Source: Babesia bigemina
Taxonomy: Eukaryota
NCBI RefSeq assembly: GCF_000981445.1
Contig: NC_027217.1
Span: 124,001 to 188,000, forward strand
Direction: 5' to 3'
DNA: 64,000 nucleotides
Part shown: piece after piece, positions 24,701 to 34,683 of the stretch
How positions within the stretch are numbered: the first letter of the stretch is position 1
Layout of the letters: every line of letters begins with the position of its first letter
Position numbers and translations under genes: made by a program
The notes under the pieces: generated by a model
Databases searched by the model: none
What the model saw: the letters and a program-made list of their open reading frames with translations, nothing else
Told to the model about the DNA's origin: nothing

Positions 24701-27530
24701 TTTCCTCTTCTAGCTGCTTAGAAGACGTGTCCGGGATGGCAAATGCAATGAAATCGGAAGGCAACATATTTGTAGCACTACTAACCTCATGTCTTGGTCG
24801 CCACTCTCCTAATTCATAGTAACCACGTCCATTACTATTACGGCCACCGGTAGGCTGAGGGGTAAGTCCGGGATCAGGACGGCTGGGCTGACTTGGAAGG
24901 GTGGAGGGAGTAGATGTTGGGGGATATGCACTAATGGTTTGATGCTCTGATATCTTTTGCTGCCGCAAACGTTTTTGTTGTAATCTGTTTTGGGCGTCTG
25001 GATCGTCTATACTGTTTATTATATGTTCAACGTTTCTCTGCAGTTGAGTTTTCCAGATTTCTTGTGTTGTTTGTTCGTACTTTTTGTCGAGGTTCTGGGC
25101 TGCCTCCATTTTCTTATCATTCTGTTTTCGGATACGTTCAATGATTTCTTGCGTTCTTGCCTCCGACTTATATTTGTTTTCTGCCTCCGTTTCGTACCTT
25201 TTAATAACTTCACCTTGCTTCTGCATTTCCGCCCGCACTTCATCTCGACGTTTATAGTATTTTCCCCATTGATCCTCCGCATCTTGACGTCTTTGCTCCT
25301 CGTCCAGTTGACGTTTGAGACCTGAATGGTCTAATTTCTCACTACCGTCAAGACGAATTTTGTCGGCATTGTTATGCGTAAGTTGTGGATCGAAATATGT
25401 TTCGTCCATAGCTACGCCATCTGCGTATATATCACTCTGAATACCGTCTTCCCCCTGTCCGACATTTCTTCGAAAGTCAATGGACTGACGCTCATTATCA
25501 TAACGGAGACCTGTACTCTGAGGGTAAGGACTTGGATCGGGTCGACTGAGCTGAGGAAAATGCTTCAACCGATGAGCACGAGATTGCCGTTGTAATTGTT
25601 GCTCTTGTAGAGCCTTATATTCGTTTTCCAGCATTCCTTGCCTTTGGGCATCCCAAATGTTTTCATCTGTAATGTCGGACATAGAGAAACATATATTACC
25701 TCCACCAAGATACGACGATGATATCTTACCGTTAGAACACTGTGGAACTGGAGACGTGGTCTTCTCCGCCTGGGGTCCTTGTCGATTCTCCGTCCCATCC
25801 CCTCCTAAACCTCCACCGCCGTGTCTATCAGCAGTTGAGTCCGACATACTAGGCGCCCTGTTAGTAGCGGTAGAATCCGCCTGAGACAGTGGATCACTAG
25901 ACCCTTGCGAACCTTGATCACCTTTACTCCCCGGCGGGCCTAAATCTTCTTTAGCAGTGGAAGTATGAGCTTCAGATGTTTTTCCGACTTCCTTACTTGG
26001 CGCTGTTCCTTCACTCTGACCATTTTGATTTTGCCCTCCCTCCGCTTTCTTGCCCTGGTTCTGTGCTCCCTCCGCTTTCTTGCCCTGGTTCTGTGCTCCC
26101 TCCGCTTTCTTGCCCTGGTTCTGCGCTCCCTCAGATTTCTTGCCCTGCGTTGCAGAAAGCATCCGAGTCTCAGCTTTAGCATCCTCGGCTTTGGTGACCA
26201 CAGGCTTCGCGGCCTCAATTCTAGTAATCTCGTTTGTAGGTTCAGAAGAATTCTCATCTTCAGATTCGGAATCAAGATCATCCTCAGACTCGGATGAAGA
26301 CTCAAGCTCAGGCTCCGGTTCAGGCTCAGGTTCAGGTTCAGACTGAGTCCCAGGCTTAAGCTTAGACTCAGGCTTCTTATCCTTTTTTCTATTTAAACAC
26401 TCATTTCCATCCAAAATTGTTTTCAACTTCTCCAAACCATCATTATGTCTCATAAGCTCACGGATTGCAGCGTCCCAATCACCTCTCAAAGACGGATAAG
26501 GATTCCCCTTGTTTTTGAAATCGTTGTCATAAAATGTGAATCCGTAGGGGAAAAGAGATGTAGTGGCAAACTTATTGACGTCCGGCTGGGAAACTATTCT
26601 GCTCAATTTCGATCTCACATCATGTAAATGTTTTTTTAGCCACTTAGCCATCTTCCTATCGATGTTGTTTTTGTTAAGATATGTATATTCCCTCCCATAG
26701 CCTGTGAATGAGAAGGCTCCTTCCTTGTAAATTTTGCCAAGGGATTTTTTTAGCGTAGCGCAATGTCCTTTTAAATCTGGCCAATCTATACATTTACCCC
26801 TAGATTCCAAATCCATTCTAAATGCATTTTCGTTTTCTGTGTCTTCGAATATTTTACAAAAATCTTCCACCAGGCGAAGAGCGTTAGCAACGTTGGGAAT
26901 ATCGCTGCCGTGATCGCCAAACACGGAAGTGACGAAAACATCGAGGAAAACGTTGAAGCCACGACCGTGTTTTTCACAAATACTTTTAAGGTCATCTGAC
27001 ATAAGGAACCCCTGGGCATATTCACCACCACGTTTCACCTCTGACGTATCGAAACCGCCAGGAATGACACCGTATTTATTTTCGTTTGATGTATCATGAA
27101 GATACGCATCCAGCTCCCCGCCTCTAACTTTAAACCATTGGAACCACCCAGGATACAAGTTTGCCCATTTACCCCCTCCCACTGCACTGAACTTATCGTC
27201 TACTTGATACCGCAAAAAGTACATAACGGCAAGGAATTTAGGGATGCAAGCAAGAAGAGATTTGAGAACTCTCGTAGCACTGTTATGACCATTATAATAA
27301 CTACGTGGAAATGTGCACAACTTCTTGTGAAAGTTAGACACGTGGCCGACAAATCGCGACAGTGCGGATTCAATGTCACTCTGTTTCGCATCTTTATATC
27401 GGCTTTTTAGGAGGCGTACCAGTCGACTGGCGACCTGACCTTGCATTCCCCCATCATTTTTCAACCACTCCAGAAACTGAAGACACTCCTTAAGAGTGCG
27501 GAACTCAGGGATATTACCTTTAGCCGCCAT
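21783..27530 (-). CDS. Large ves-like variant surface antigen (family often auto-annotated 'ribosome-binding protein 1-like' in Babesia), copy A, C-terminally truncated
   Basis: N-terminus TLKECLQFLEWL; low-complexity centre; conserved Cys/His C-terminal domain (APRTVRDMLQWL, CQLRDY, SPLQAFLTD, RTPRTTGELVSFF, YLSWAVYLP). First ATG 27530. Similarity to copy B stops mid-TM at ~21942. Confidence 0.8.
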   Translation of the reverse strand: MAAKGNIPEFRTLKECLQFLEWLKNDGGMQGQVASRLVRLLKSRYKDAKQSDIESALSRFVGHVSNFHKKLCTFPRSYYNGHNSATRVLKSLLACIPKFLAVMYFLRYQVDDKFSAVGGGKWANLYPGWFQWFKVRGGELDAYLHDTSNENKYGVIPGGFDTSEVKRGGEYAQGFLMSDDLKSICEKHGRGFNVFLDVFVTSVFGDHGSDIPNVANALRLVEDFCKIFEDTENENAFRMDLESRGKCIDWPDLKGHCATLKKSLGKIYKEGAFSFTGYGREYTYLNKNNIDRKMAKWLKKHLHDVRSKLSRIVSQPDVNKFATTSLFPYGFTFYDNDFKNKGNPYPSLRGDWDAAIRELMRHNDGLEKLKTILDGNECLNRKKDKKPESKLKPGTQSEPEPEPEPEPELESSSESEDDLDSESEDENSSEPTNEITRIEAAKPVVTKAEDAKAETRMLSATQGKKSEGAQNQGKKAEGAQNQGKKAEGAQNQGKKAEGGQNQNGQSEGTAPSKEVGKTSEAHTSTAKEDLGPPGSKGDQGSQGSSDPLSQADSTATNRAPSMSDSTADRHGGGGLGGDGTENRQGPQAEKTTSPVPQCSNGKISSSYLGGGNICFSMSDITDENIWDAQRQGMLENEYKALQEQQLQRQSRAHRLKHFPQLSRPDPSPYPQSTGLRYDNERQSIDFRRNVGQGEDGIQSDIYADGVAMDETYFDPQLTHNNADKIRLDGSEKLDHSGLKRQLDEEQRRQDAEDQWGKYYKRRDEVRAEMQKQGEVIKRYETEAENKYKSEARTQEIIERIRKQNDKKMEAAQNLDKKYEQTTQEIWKTQLQRNVEHIINSIDDPDAQNRLQQKRLRQQKISEHQTISAYPPTSTPSTLPSQPSRPDPGLTPQPTGGRNSNGRGYYELGEWRPRHEVSSATNMLPSDFIAFAIPDTSSKQLEEEKQKRAKSDKQRLKLKRRTEEMKFSDKQHDAWQKEVVKLGEANKKWKRQQKDVERLEQLYNYGKRQQEKRKAKETKMENLLGWAEEQNKMNEEAERKNQEAYEERQRQLQQLQSDYAPLLSGTPVADLRDFIPDGEAVPDESYREMQKEEERRAVEHKAYENSFHLQHAQGRDRLNTFLLENNERIEPNLASIDGVPQAVVESQTNDIRRIIDMDFAVHMSEGLDGGEIKDESQNTGEQEHQRNVQLAEYDKTVELQRDMQQQWEKYSQDQSIKTKRLQQEHIQEVQRTLDAIKHFKDVEYQKQRAAAESLSGQPIISKSISSLPKMPNYANKPTFSMATGAPIRNPNPHSISIPTAMFLAEPQPTRGLYIDVPDRPPPKFDDPEFFIEVAKHTLPDNHLDFDLDFDDDSTHIRNDTPPDLVDPSFPAISFNIPPPGPEQYLPPSENPKINTVEFKDTCAPAWITHKITPSSPYIPETELFPSQAPRTVRDMLQWLAGLQNRKHHDTLEKCIEKAFTAPHSDASQLALSVNHANIRPTDVFDILQLTAMFARSVLAAIAPNWKASVSLKTVKPKSSEEPDCCALLCQLRDYAYACHYQLQFLKAQCSRGKIHGGWQDCKYGSDITASKSPLQAFLTDNWDSDFETHPFDPCNPCLKSRVRMGFRKDDLPEESENGITLSSILTPSCGGEDPLLTLCSYLNCITRRTPRTTGELVSFFHNFGNELYGYASESLSSLGNSLSTPHDHCPDWDHLKNSDLQAVSGIRGSESLKSNSNHDNEHPRTLSTLVGCGSDSATCHPRCSPITYRAYALYSQSFAHTYLSWAVYLPDRLWESLQKLHYDLKKHVSIKCSSLHLCSTAPPLLYTHGFTPPEVGLQPPFTCQQIISKLEEIVNGKPIASLMTAMDAFLYGIREPFIFTLVSLCYAPLRYFVCVFLGLINTLHICGCNHFTNSSPTRCLLRPAGDAGVFTTLQMP
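22132..22955. repeat. 824-bp tract identical to 29873-30696 (direct, offset 7741)
   Basis: Line-by-line comparison showed no mismatch that I could see. The identical 79-aa and 97-aa antisense ORFs in both copies agree with this. Confidence 0.9.
26031..26150 (-). repeat. 30-bp tandem repeat (~4 units) encoding (T/N)QGKK(S/A)EG(A/G)Q
   Basis: The + strand shows tccgctttcttgccctggttctgtgctccc repeated. Confidence 0.95.
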
Positions 27531-27590
27531 ACTGCCTACTTCCAATCACCCACTAATCAACTCTCACAAAATTCCACGACTAGCCTCCAG

Positions 27591-27637
27591 AACTATGTGG
27601 ACTGGGAACCATTAGAATGATCATACCTCTAAGGTGA
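27591..27637 (-). promoter_or_regulatory. Conserved 47-bp element 61-107 nt upstream of the copy A ATG
   Basis: 37/47 ungapped identity with 34684-34730, at the same distance from the ATG. Function is inferred. Confidence 0.5.
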
Positions 27638-28322
27638 CACTGCTTAATACAGCATGGCAGACAACTAAGGGCGCTGGGTGAAAGGGCTATGAAGTGAACC
27701 GCAGAGTGGCAACACTACGCATCATGCTGAGACAATGACACACCTAAACCATCATCTTAAATCCATGAACCATCACACGAATCCTATAGACATACCACTC
27801 ACCTGAGGAGGGAAGGCGACAAGGCAAGGCAGCCACGCTGGAGTGAGAGGGTGGAGCATGATTGGAGAGGGGCGTTGTCAACAACGATTGTGGATGTTGA
27901 TGGAGCAGTACAGACAGACATTTGGTTAAACGTTAGGTGAGGCGGTAGGCATTTGCTGTTAGATGGGCTGCTCTGTGTCGTCGGGGTAGAGGTGAACACC
28001 AAGGTAGTGAGTAGAGGTATGATCAAGGTAACAAATGACATAAAGGCGATAATGAGATCAGATGTGGAGACACGCTATTTTTTGCAAGCAAATGCGGAGC
28101 GTGCCCAGACGTCCGAAGATGACGTCTAACCCGTCAAGCTGGTTAGTCCCGTTAACTTTGCCAATGCCCATTGTATGCTGTCTCGACAAATCTCGCAAAG
28201 GTCTCGATGGGCACCTACAATGTACGATTATGAAAGATTTAATAATCATGCATTAGACGTACAATCTACTATCGGTCCACAATACAATGAGCTATGTGCG
28301 ATAATTGAAATTTTGAAGTTGA

Positions 28323-28811
28323 TTAAACAGTGCTACGCAAACCGCTCAAGTTGCGGGCAAAAAAATCGCGGACCTTGTGAAATGGCCGAATGCGGCAGAT
28401 GGTCATGACGCAAACGGCGGTAACGATGAGGATGACGAATACTATCAAGGGGGCGATCAGACCGGTGGAATATACGGCGCCGGGGGAAGACATAGCAGCG
28501 GTGGAGGAGAGTGGACGTTGATTTTTACAACAATTACAACTGCAAATGTCCTTCCTTTTACATACGACCTGACAGGTCTCAGGCGCACATTGATACTTGT
28601 TATTGCGCCATTGAGTTGTGATGACACAAGTAAGGCACTTGATAGTTGTGCATCCTTCACAACAGGAGGGACAACACATACAACCAAATAAGTTACAATC
28701 ATTATCACATCTACACTTATCACTCATCTTCTCCTTTTCCTTCGTCAACCTGCACCAAGCATAAACTGCTCACCTCAGCGGCGAACACTTATGCCACTGC
28801 GCCTTCTCCAT
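28323..28811 (-). CDS. Small cysteine-rich single-pass membrane protein, copy 1
   Basis: CxCCPxCCxxC..CxCxCC domain, TM LIAPLIVFVILIVTAVCVMTI, tail RPFHKVRDFFAR. Start is either ATG 28727, or ATG 28811 via a 24-nt intron (28750-28773) that splices in frame. Confidence 0.7.
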
Positions 28812-28867
28812 CGGCCTTACGCTAGCAACCAGGTGATCGCCATCGAAAGCACCGCCGGTTAAATCGC

Positions 28868-29415
28868 TCTTATAAAGCTATCACAACTGGATAACTACAG
28901 AGGTAACGCATGTGGACGGTATCCTAGCACTGGCATGCATATCAACCCGTAACTGCTGCGCAGTCAACTTAGTGCATCACGGACCAACCGACTTGTCAAC
29001 GCCTCTTATCAGTATCACCACATTTATGTCTTAATGAGTGATTATATGAGTTACATTGCCTGCTTGATATGTTTTTCATTTTTTTACTGTTGCCATCAAT
29101 GTCACATAATCACGTTGGAGAGTTACGGCAACATCCATTGCCAAGCTACGCACATGATAGCTAACGCGGCAAACAGTCACTCAGCTGACAATTCATAATT
29201 CCACCTAGCACGGGTATCACAGCTGCCTATGTTGGTGGCCAACAGCACAGCTCCACCTAGCACTGACAGGGTGGGACTATGCGAAGACATATCAAGGGTT
29301 CTGCAAAACCCAAATCACAACACTGTATCATCCATTAAGTGGGCTACATGAACCAGGTTATGCCTGGCGGCAGTCACGCTTTTTTCAAAGCATGGTGCCG
29401 TAGATGATGCAGTAA
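28868..29415. repeat. Conserved non-coding spacer, inverted homolog of 44500-45050
   Basis: Shared collinear blocks, e.g. agtgggcta(c/a)atgaac(c/t)aggttatgc..gcggcagtcacgctttt..catggtgccgtagatg(a/c)tgc(a/g)gtaa; agctgccta(t/c)gttggt; tgttgccatca(a/g)tgtcac; gctatcacaactg. Confidence 0.85.
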
Positions 29416-29481
29416 TACAACTAGCCACTAGTGCAACACAAAATATCACAATGGAAAATGACTTCATTAATGAGGTGATGA

Positions 29482-32400
29482 TTATTGAATAAAGATTCGA
29501 CCAATGGGATCTTCGTCGAAGTAGTCGATGTCGTAGAGCGAGGGCATTTTCGTGCCGTCCGTGAGTAACGCCTTGACATCGATGACATGAGACCCTTTGG
29601 AGCGCGTTAAGTGAGATCGTATGCGCAAGACGTCCAGGCGGTATAGCATCGTGTTGGCCAAGATGAGGAGTGCCAGAGACCAGAGTGCTACGAGGGTGAA
29701 GATGAATGGCTCCCGGATGCCGTAGAGGAAATTGTCCATGGCATTCATCAGTGATGCGATAGGCCTACCGTTCACAATTTCTTTAAGCTTAGTTATAACA
29801 TCAGAGCACTTGAGCGACACCTGCGATCCCACCTCCGGCGGCGTGAACCCGTGTAAGTAGAGGAGGGGCAGGGCAGTGGAACACAGGTGGAGGGATGAAC
29901 ACTTGATACTAACGTGCTTCTTGAGATCATAGTGCAGCTTTTGAAGTGACTCCCACAGCCTGTCCGGCAGGTACACCGCCCAGCTGAGGTAGGTGTGGGC
30001 GAAGCTCTGGGAGTACAGGGCGTAGGCCCGGTAGGTGATGGGCGAGCAACGTGGATGACAAGTGGCAGAGTCACTACCGCAGCCAACCAGAGTGGACAGG
30101 GTACGGGGATGCTCGTTGTCGTGGTTGGAGTTGGACTTGAGAGACTCGGAGCCCCGGATGCCACTGACAGCTTGGAGGTCCGAGTTCTTGAGATGGTCCC
30201 AGTCAGGGCAGTGGTCATGTGGAGTGGAAAGTGAATTGCCGAGTGAAGACAAGGACTCTGAAGCATACCCGTACAGCTCATTCCCGAAATTATGGAAGAA
30301 GGACACAAGCTCCCCGGTGGTGCGCGGCGTCCGCCTGGTGATGCAGTTGAGGTAGGAGCACAGTGTCAGCAAGGGGTCCTCACCGCCGCAGCTGGGAGTG
30401 AGGATGGAGGAAAGGGTGATGCCATTTTCCGATTCCTCAGGTAAATCATCCTTCCTGAATCCCATCCTGACGCGGCTCTTGAGGCAGGGGTTGCACGGGT
30501 CGAAGGGGTGAGTCTCGAAGTCGGAGTCCCAGTTGTCGGTCAGGAACGCCTGGAGGGGGGACTTGGAAGCAGTGATGTCACTGCCGTACTTACAATCTTG
30601 CCACCCACCATGGATTTTTCCTCGTGAACACTGCGCCTTCAGGAATTGCAACTGGTAGTGGCAGGCGTAGGCGTAGTCACGCAGCTGGCAGAGGAGACAC
30701 GCTGGGTCGGGGGAATAATGAAGCTTATCATATTCTAATTTGAAGTCGATGTTAGATAGAGCATCGCCGGATTGCATACGCATTATTCCGTTCAGTACGT
30801 GTGCTGAGTAGAGACAGGCCTCGGTAAGGGTGTCGGCGATATGAGATGCGGACAAGGATAGATCGCCGTTGACCTGGAGGGCATACTTAGGGTAGAATGT
30901 ATCGCCGTTTAATGCCATTAACAGGCCTTCCATATGTCTCTCCATCTTGGCAATAATTCCATACGTATTGAAACCGACCAGCCAGAAGAGCATGGCCTTG
31001 ACGTCGGTGGGAGGCGGTAGATGGTCGGAGTCTGGTGGAGGGGGAAAGGTTGATGAGGTGGCAGAATCATGAGCGTAATTCCAAAGATTATTGCACATGT
31101 TAGGGTTAGGATCCACAGTAAATCCGTAATTTTTAAAAACACCTATATTGTTGGAATAATCGGTATCTGACTCAGGATTCATGTTGGGAATTGTAATATA
31201 CGGCAAGGCAGGTTGGATAGGTTGAGTTACGGACAATGAATGGTGACGTGTCGTATTAGAGTTCGTCGCTGTTTCATATAAATTAAATTCTTTGGCTTGA
31301 ATTTCTATCGGAATTGGTGGCATAGGCGAATTGCGATTAAAATCCTTTATAGGATGACCTGTGATATCAGGAATTGGTGACGCAGGAATAGTTTTTGATT
31401 TCAGTTTTGGCGCATTCATCGTAGGTTTGGGTGGGGTTATTGGTAGGCCAGTGGGTGCACTAATAGCAGCGAGGGATTGGAGAGGCATACGACCCGGTAG
31501 GCCTTGGGAGTTATCGGCTGGGGTTCCACTGAATAAACTACTAACATTCCGCATATGTGTTATATATGTACTTTCTGAATTTTTCAAATCTTCAGCCGAA
31601 TTAACCATATCTCGTTTATGCCAATTTATAAACGCTTGTGTATCAACATGCCATTTTAATGCTTCGCGATCTATTTTGTCGTTATATTCCTTCTCAAAGT
31701 GTTCCTCATCAGACGGAGGATCTAACACGGATTCACCATCTGGCATAAAATCACGCAAGTCCGCAATAGCACCTCCTTTTAAAGAATTTGCAAATGGATC
31801 CTGAATCGGAGCAAAGGAGGGGTAGATAGCGTTAGGATTATGGTGTTTTGGAGCATAATACTTTTGGTATTGCTCCTGCAATCGCTTATCTTCGGCCTCA
31901 GCTTGCTTATGCCAGTCCGCTTCTTTATTTTTTTGTGGGTCTCCAAATTTCAATTTTTTGTCTAGCTTACCGGCGGCTTCCCTTTTTTTTTCATGCTGCA
32001 TTATAGAATAATCATCGAACCGCCTTAGTACTTTTCCTTCTTCTTTTTGTTGTTTCCAATCATCATCTGCTTTTTTTATTTTTTCAGCATCTTGCATCCA
32101 TTGGTGTTGAACTTCACGCAACCCCTGATTATGTTTTTCTCGCAATTTTAAATCCACTAGTTTTATACCCGATTCTCCATATCTGCGATTTTCCTTTTGT
32201 ATACGTTTTGAAGACGTGTCCGGGACGGCTTCACCGTTGACTTCCAGAGGCGGAACACCCAGTATAGCCACACCAAAGTGCCTGCGTCTACCATCTCCTG
32301 GAACGTAGTAGGGCTTCCCATGGCGATGATGGCTACTTGTATGCTGAGGATAATGTCTGGGAGCAGTACTACTGGACTGATTTATAGAGGTGGAGCTATT

Positions 32401-34623
32401 GTGGGATCGTAAATTTCGTTTTTGTAAATGTTGCTGTATTGTCTGTTGAAGTCGTTGATCGAAAGTTTTTTTCTGGGCGCTCTCCCAAATGTCATCCGGT
32501 TTACTAAAATTAAAGGCAGTCGGGGATAGCCTTTGAAATTCTGGATAACAATATTCTTTGCCGTTTTCAACTTTCGGTATTTGACCATTAGGGCACAATT
32601 GGGAAGGAGTGGGAACTTTAGATGTAGCAGATCTAATCCCACCCGTCCCCCCTCCTGCATCATTGCCACCACCTCCTCCAACTTCACCTCTGCCGTCACC
32701 TGAATCAGGAGCCGCAGCGGCGGATCCCATACTACTGTCATCTGCACCATTCTGAGACACTTGACCACTTCCTTGTACAGACCCGGATGAAACCGCCTGC
32801 CCACCCGGGCCCTGGGCACCGGGTGGTGCAGCGCCTGTGGCTGGAATGCTTGGAGGCGGAAGGGAAACAGGCTGTGGACTTGTCGTAGCATTGTCCCGTA
32901 AAGCCTGGGCCGGATCTGCAGGAAGACCGGGAGGAGAGGGTGGCGCTGCAGTCACAGTCGGCGGTTGAGATGAAATAGTCTGCTTCTGAACAGTATCATC
33001 AGGTGGAGAAGATGTTGTATACCCGGCACTAGAAGAGCCTTGCGGGCCTTTCTCACTATTAGTCTCTGGCGCTCCCGCACTACCGGTAAGAGGAGATGAA
33101 GAAGATGTAGTCACCGATGAAGTTATAGGCTGCCGTTCGCTTTGACCGTTGTTTTGATTTGGAGATCTCACCGTTTTAGAGTCAGGGGATAAATGTGAAC
33201 TAGGCTGTTGAGCACCTTGGGATTGATGATTTGGAAGTCGAGAATCCCCTCCACCTCCCTTGGCTCTAGTACCACGCAGAACTATATGATGCGCCTGATT
33301 GTGCTGCATTCCGGAACCTTGAGCGACGGATGGTCTGGACGGAGGCGCAGGCTTTGCAGCCGCCGGTTTCGCGGCTGCTGCAGGCCGTGATGGTTTGGTT
33401 GATTTACATTCCTCGCCGTCCAAAAGTGTTTTCAACTTGTCCAAACCGTCATTGTCTCGCTTAAGCATTGAAATCGTATCATTCCACTTAGGTGGCAATG
33501 TATTCCATGCGTAGCCCATCGTTCCATAGCGTGTGTTGCCGAATATGAAGCCGTAAGGGAATATGTTTCCGGTCGCAAATTTCCGAAGGTGGTCTTTTTT
33601 GACATTGCCATCCTTAGGGTAGCCTGTACTAATTTTGTTGACATTTTTCCTCACCTCAGGCAAATGATTTCTGAACCATTTTGCAGTTTCGCTGGCAAAT
33701 GTCTCAGTGTTAACCTTATCAACACTCGGTGCCTGGCCGGTGTACGAAAAGGCGTTGTCGTTGAAAAAACTTCCCAAATGTTTATCCAGTGTGAAGCAAT
33801 GCTCTTTCAATTTACCCAAATTAATACATTTTTTAGGATGCTGATTTCCTAAATCCCTATCCAAAACTTCTTTTAATTTGGCACCATTATTTTTCTTCCC
33901 TGCCTCACCAACAATCTGGCAAAACGTGCTCACCAAGCGAAGCACATTCGCGGTGTTAACCTGGTGAGTGCCGGCACCAGAGAACACTGAAATCAAGAAC
34001 GTGTCGCGAAAATCGTTTTGCACACCTTTCTCCTTTTTCAAAATCTTTTCAAGGTCACCAACCATATTCTTACCCTGGGGATAGGCATAGCTAACACTAT
34101 ACTCATAACCATATGTTAGCTCCTCGGGACCGAATCCTCCTGTAATAACATCGTAAGTTGAGGACACGTTCCATCTTAGATAGTCCTGCAATGCGCCACC
34201 ATGGTCTGCGTAGCCATTACCCCACCAACTCCATTCCTTCTTCCACCCAGGATACAAATGCTCCCAATGCGACCCTCCTACTGCGGCATATTTATAATCT
34301 ACATTGTACAATAAGAAATACAATGCTGCAAAAATTTTTGGAAGGCACTCCAAGAGAGCGTTGACGATTTCTTTAGGGCTCTTCTTGTAATCGCCGGTAG
34401 CTGGCTGCTTACATAGTTTGCGATAAAACGTAGACACGTTGTCGAGGAATGTGATGAAGTAACCAGGCAATTGTCCCCCTACAGTTGTGGTACCATAATA
34501 TTGGCTCTTACGCGTAGCCAAATCTGCGGCCACATGTGGATGCATCTCATTCGCATTTTTCAACCACTCCAGGAACTGAAGACAGTCCTTAAGAGTGCTG
34601 AGCGAAATTCCATGAGATGTCAT
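29482..34623 (-). CDS. Large ves-like variant surface antigen, copy B, apparently full length
   Basis: Same N-terminus (TLKDCLQFLEWL) and C-terminal domain as copy A. Complete TM (FIFTLVALWSLALLILANTML) followed by cytoplasmic tail YRLDVLRIRSHL. Confidence 0.85.
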   Translation of the reverse strand: MTSHGISLSTLKDCLQFLEWLKNANEMHPHVAADLATRKSQYYGTTTVGGQLPGYFITFLDNVSTFYRKLCKQPATGDYKKSPKEIVNALLECLPKIFAALYFLLYNVDYKYAAVGGSHWEHLYPGWKKEWSWWGNGYADHGGALQDYLRWNVSSTYDVITGGFGPEELTYGYEYSVSYAYPQGKNMVGDLEKILKKEKGVQNDFRDTFLISVFSGAGTHQVNTANVLRLVSTFCQIVGEAGKKNNGAKLKEVLDRDLGNQHPKKCINLGKLKEHCFTLDKHLGSFFNDNAFSYTGQAPSVDKVNTETFASETAKWFRNHLPEVRKNVNKISTGYPKDGNVKKDHLRKFATGNIFPYGFIFGNTRYGTMGYAWNTLPPKWNDTISMLKRDNDGLDKLKTLLDGEECKSTKPSRPAAAAKPAAAKPAPPSRPSVAQGSGMQHNQAHHIVLRGTRAKGGGGDSRLPNHQSQGAQQPSSHLSPDSKTVRSPNQNNGQSERQPITSSVTTSSSSPLTGSAGAPETNSEKGPQGSSSAGYTTSSPPDDTVQKQTISSQPPTVTAAPPSPPGLPADPAQALRDNATTSPQPVSLPPPSIPATGAAPPGAQGPGGQAVSSGSVQGSGQVSQNGADDSSMGSAAAAPDSGDGRGEVGGGGGNDAGGGTGGIRSATSKVPTPSQLCPNGQIPKVENGKEYCYPEFQRLSPTAFNFSKPDDIWESAQKKTFDQRLQQTIQQHLQKRNLRSHNSSTSINQSSSTAPRHYPQHTSSHHRHGKPYYVPGDGRRRHFGVAILGVPPLEVNGEAVPDTSSKRIQKENRRYGESGIKLVDLKLREKHNQGLREVQHQWMQDAEKIKKADDDWKQQKEEGKVLRRFDDYSIMQHEKKREAAGKLDKKLKFGDPQKNKEADWHKQAEAEDKRLQEQYQKYYAPKHHNPNAIYPSFAPIQDPFANSLKGGAIADLRDFMPDGESVLDPPSDEEHFEKEYNDKIDREALKWHVDTQAFINWHKRDMVNSAEDLKNSESTYITHMRNVSSLFSGTPADNSQGLPGRMPLQSLAAISAPTGLPITPPKPTMNAPKLKSKTIPASPIPDITGHPIKDFNRNSPMPPIPIEIQAKEFNLYETATNSNTTRHHSLSVTQPIQPALPYITIPNMNPESDTDYSNNIGVFKNYGFTVDPNPNMCNNLWNYAHDSATSSTFPPPPDSDHLPPPTDVKAMLFWLVGFNTYGIIAKMERHMEGLLMALNGDTFYPKYALQVNGDLSLSASHIADTLTEACLYSAHVLNGIMRMQSGDALSNIDFKLEYDKLHYSPDPACLLCQLRDYAYACHYQLQFLKAQCSRGKIHGGWQDCKYGSDITASKSPLQAFLTDNWDSDFETHPFDPCNPCLKSRVRMGFRKDDLPEESENGITLSSILTPSCGGEDPLLTLCSYLNCITRRTPRTTGELVSFFHNFGNELYGYASESLSSLGNSLSTPHDHCPDWDHLKNSDLQAVSGIRGSESLKSNSNHDNEHPRTLSTLVGCGSDSATCHPRCSPITYRAYALYSQSFAHTYLSWAVYLPDRLWESLQKLHYDLKKHVSIKCSSLHLCSTALPLLYLHGFTPPEVGSQVSLKCSDVITKLKEIVNGRPIASLMNAMDNFLYGIREPFIFTLVALWSLALLILANTMLYRLDVLRIRSHLTRSKGSHVIDVKALLTDGTKMPSLYDIDYFDEDPIGRIFIQ
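29873..30696. repeat. 824-bp tract identical to 22132-22955
   Basis: Direct comparison with copy A. Confidence 0.9.
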
Positions 34624-34683
34624 TCTGTCCCCAACGACTTGTACACTAATACGCTACTTACAAATAGCCGCGGCCACTTCCCC

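Noticed and set aside
26031..26150. 30-bp repeats as a CRISPR array
   Set aside because: Head-to-tail with no spacers, in frame within a eukaryotic CDS, and no cas genes.
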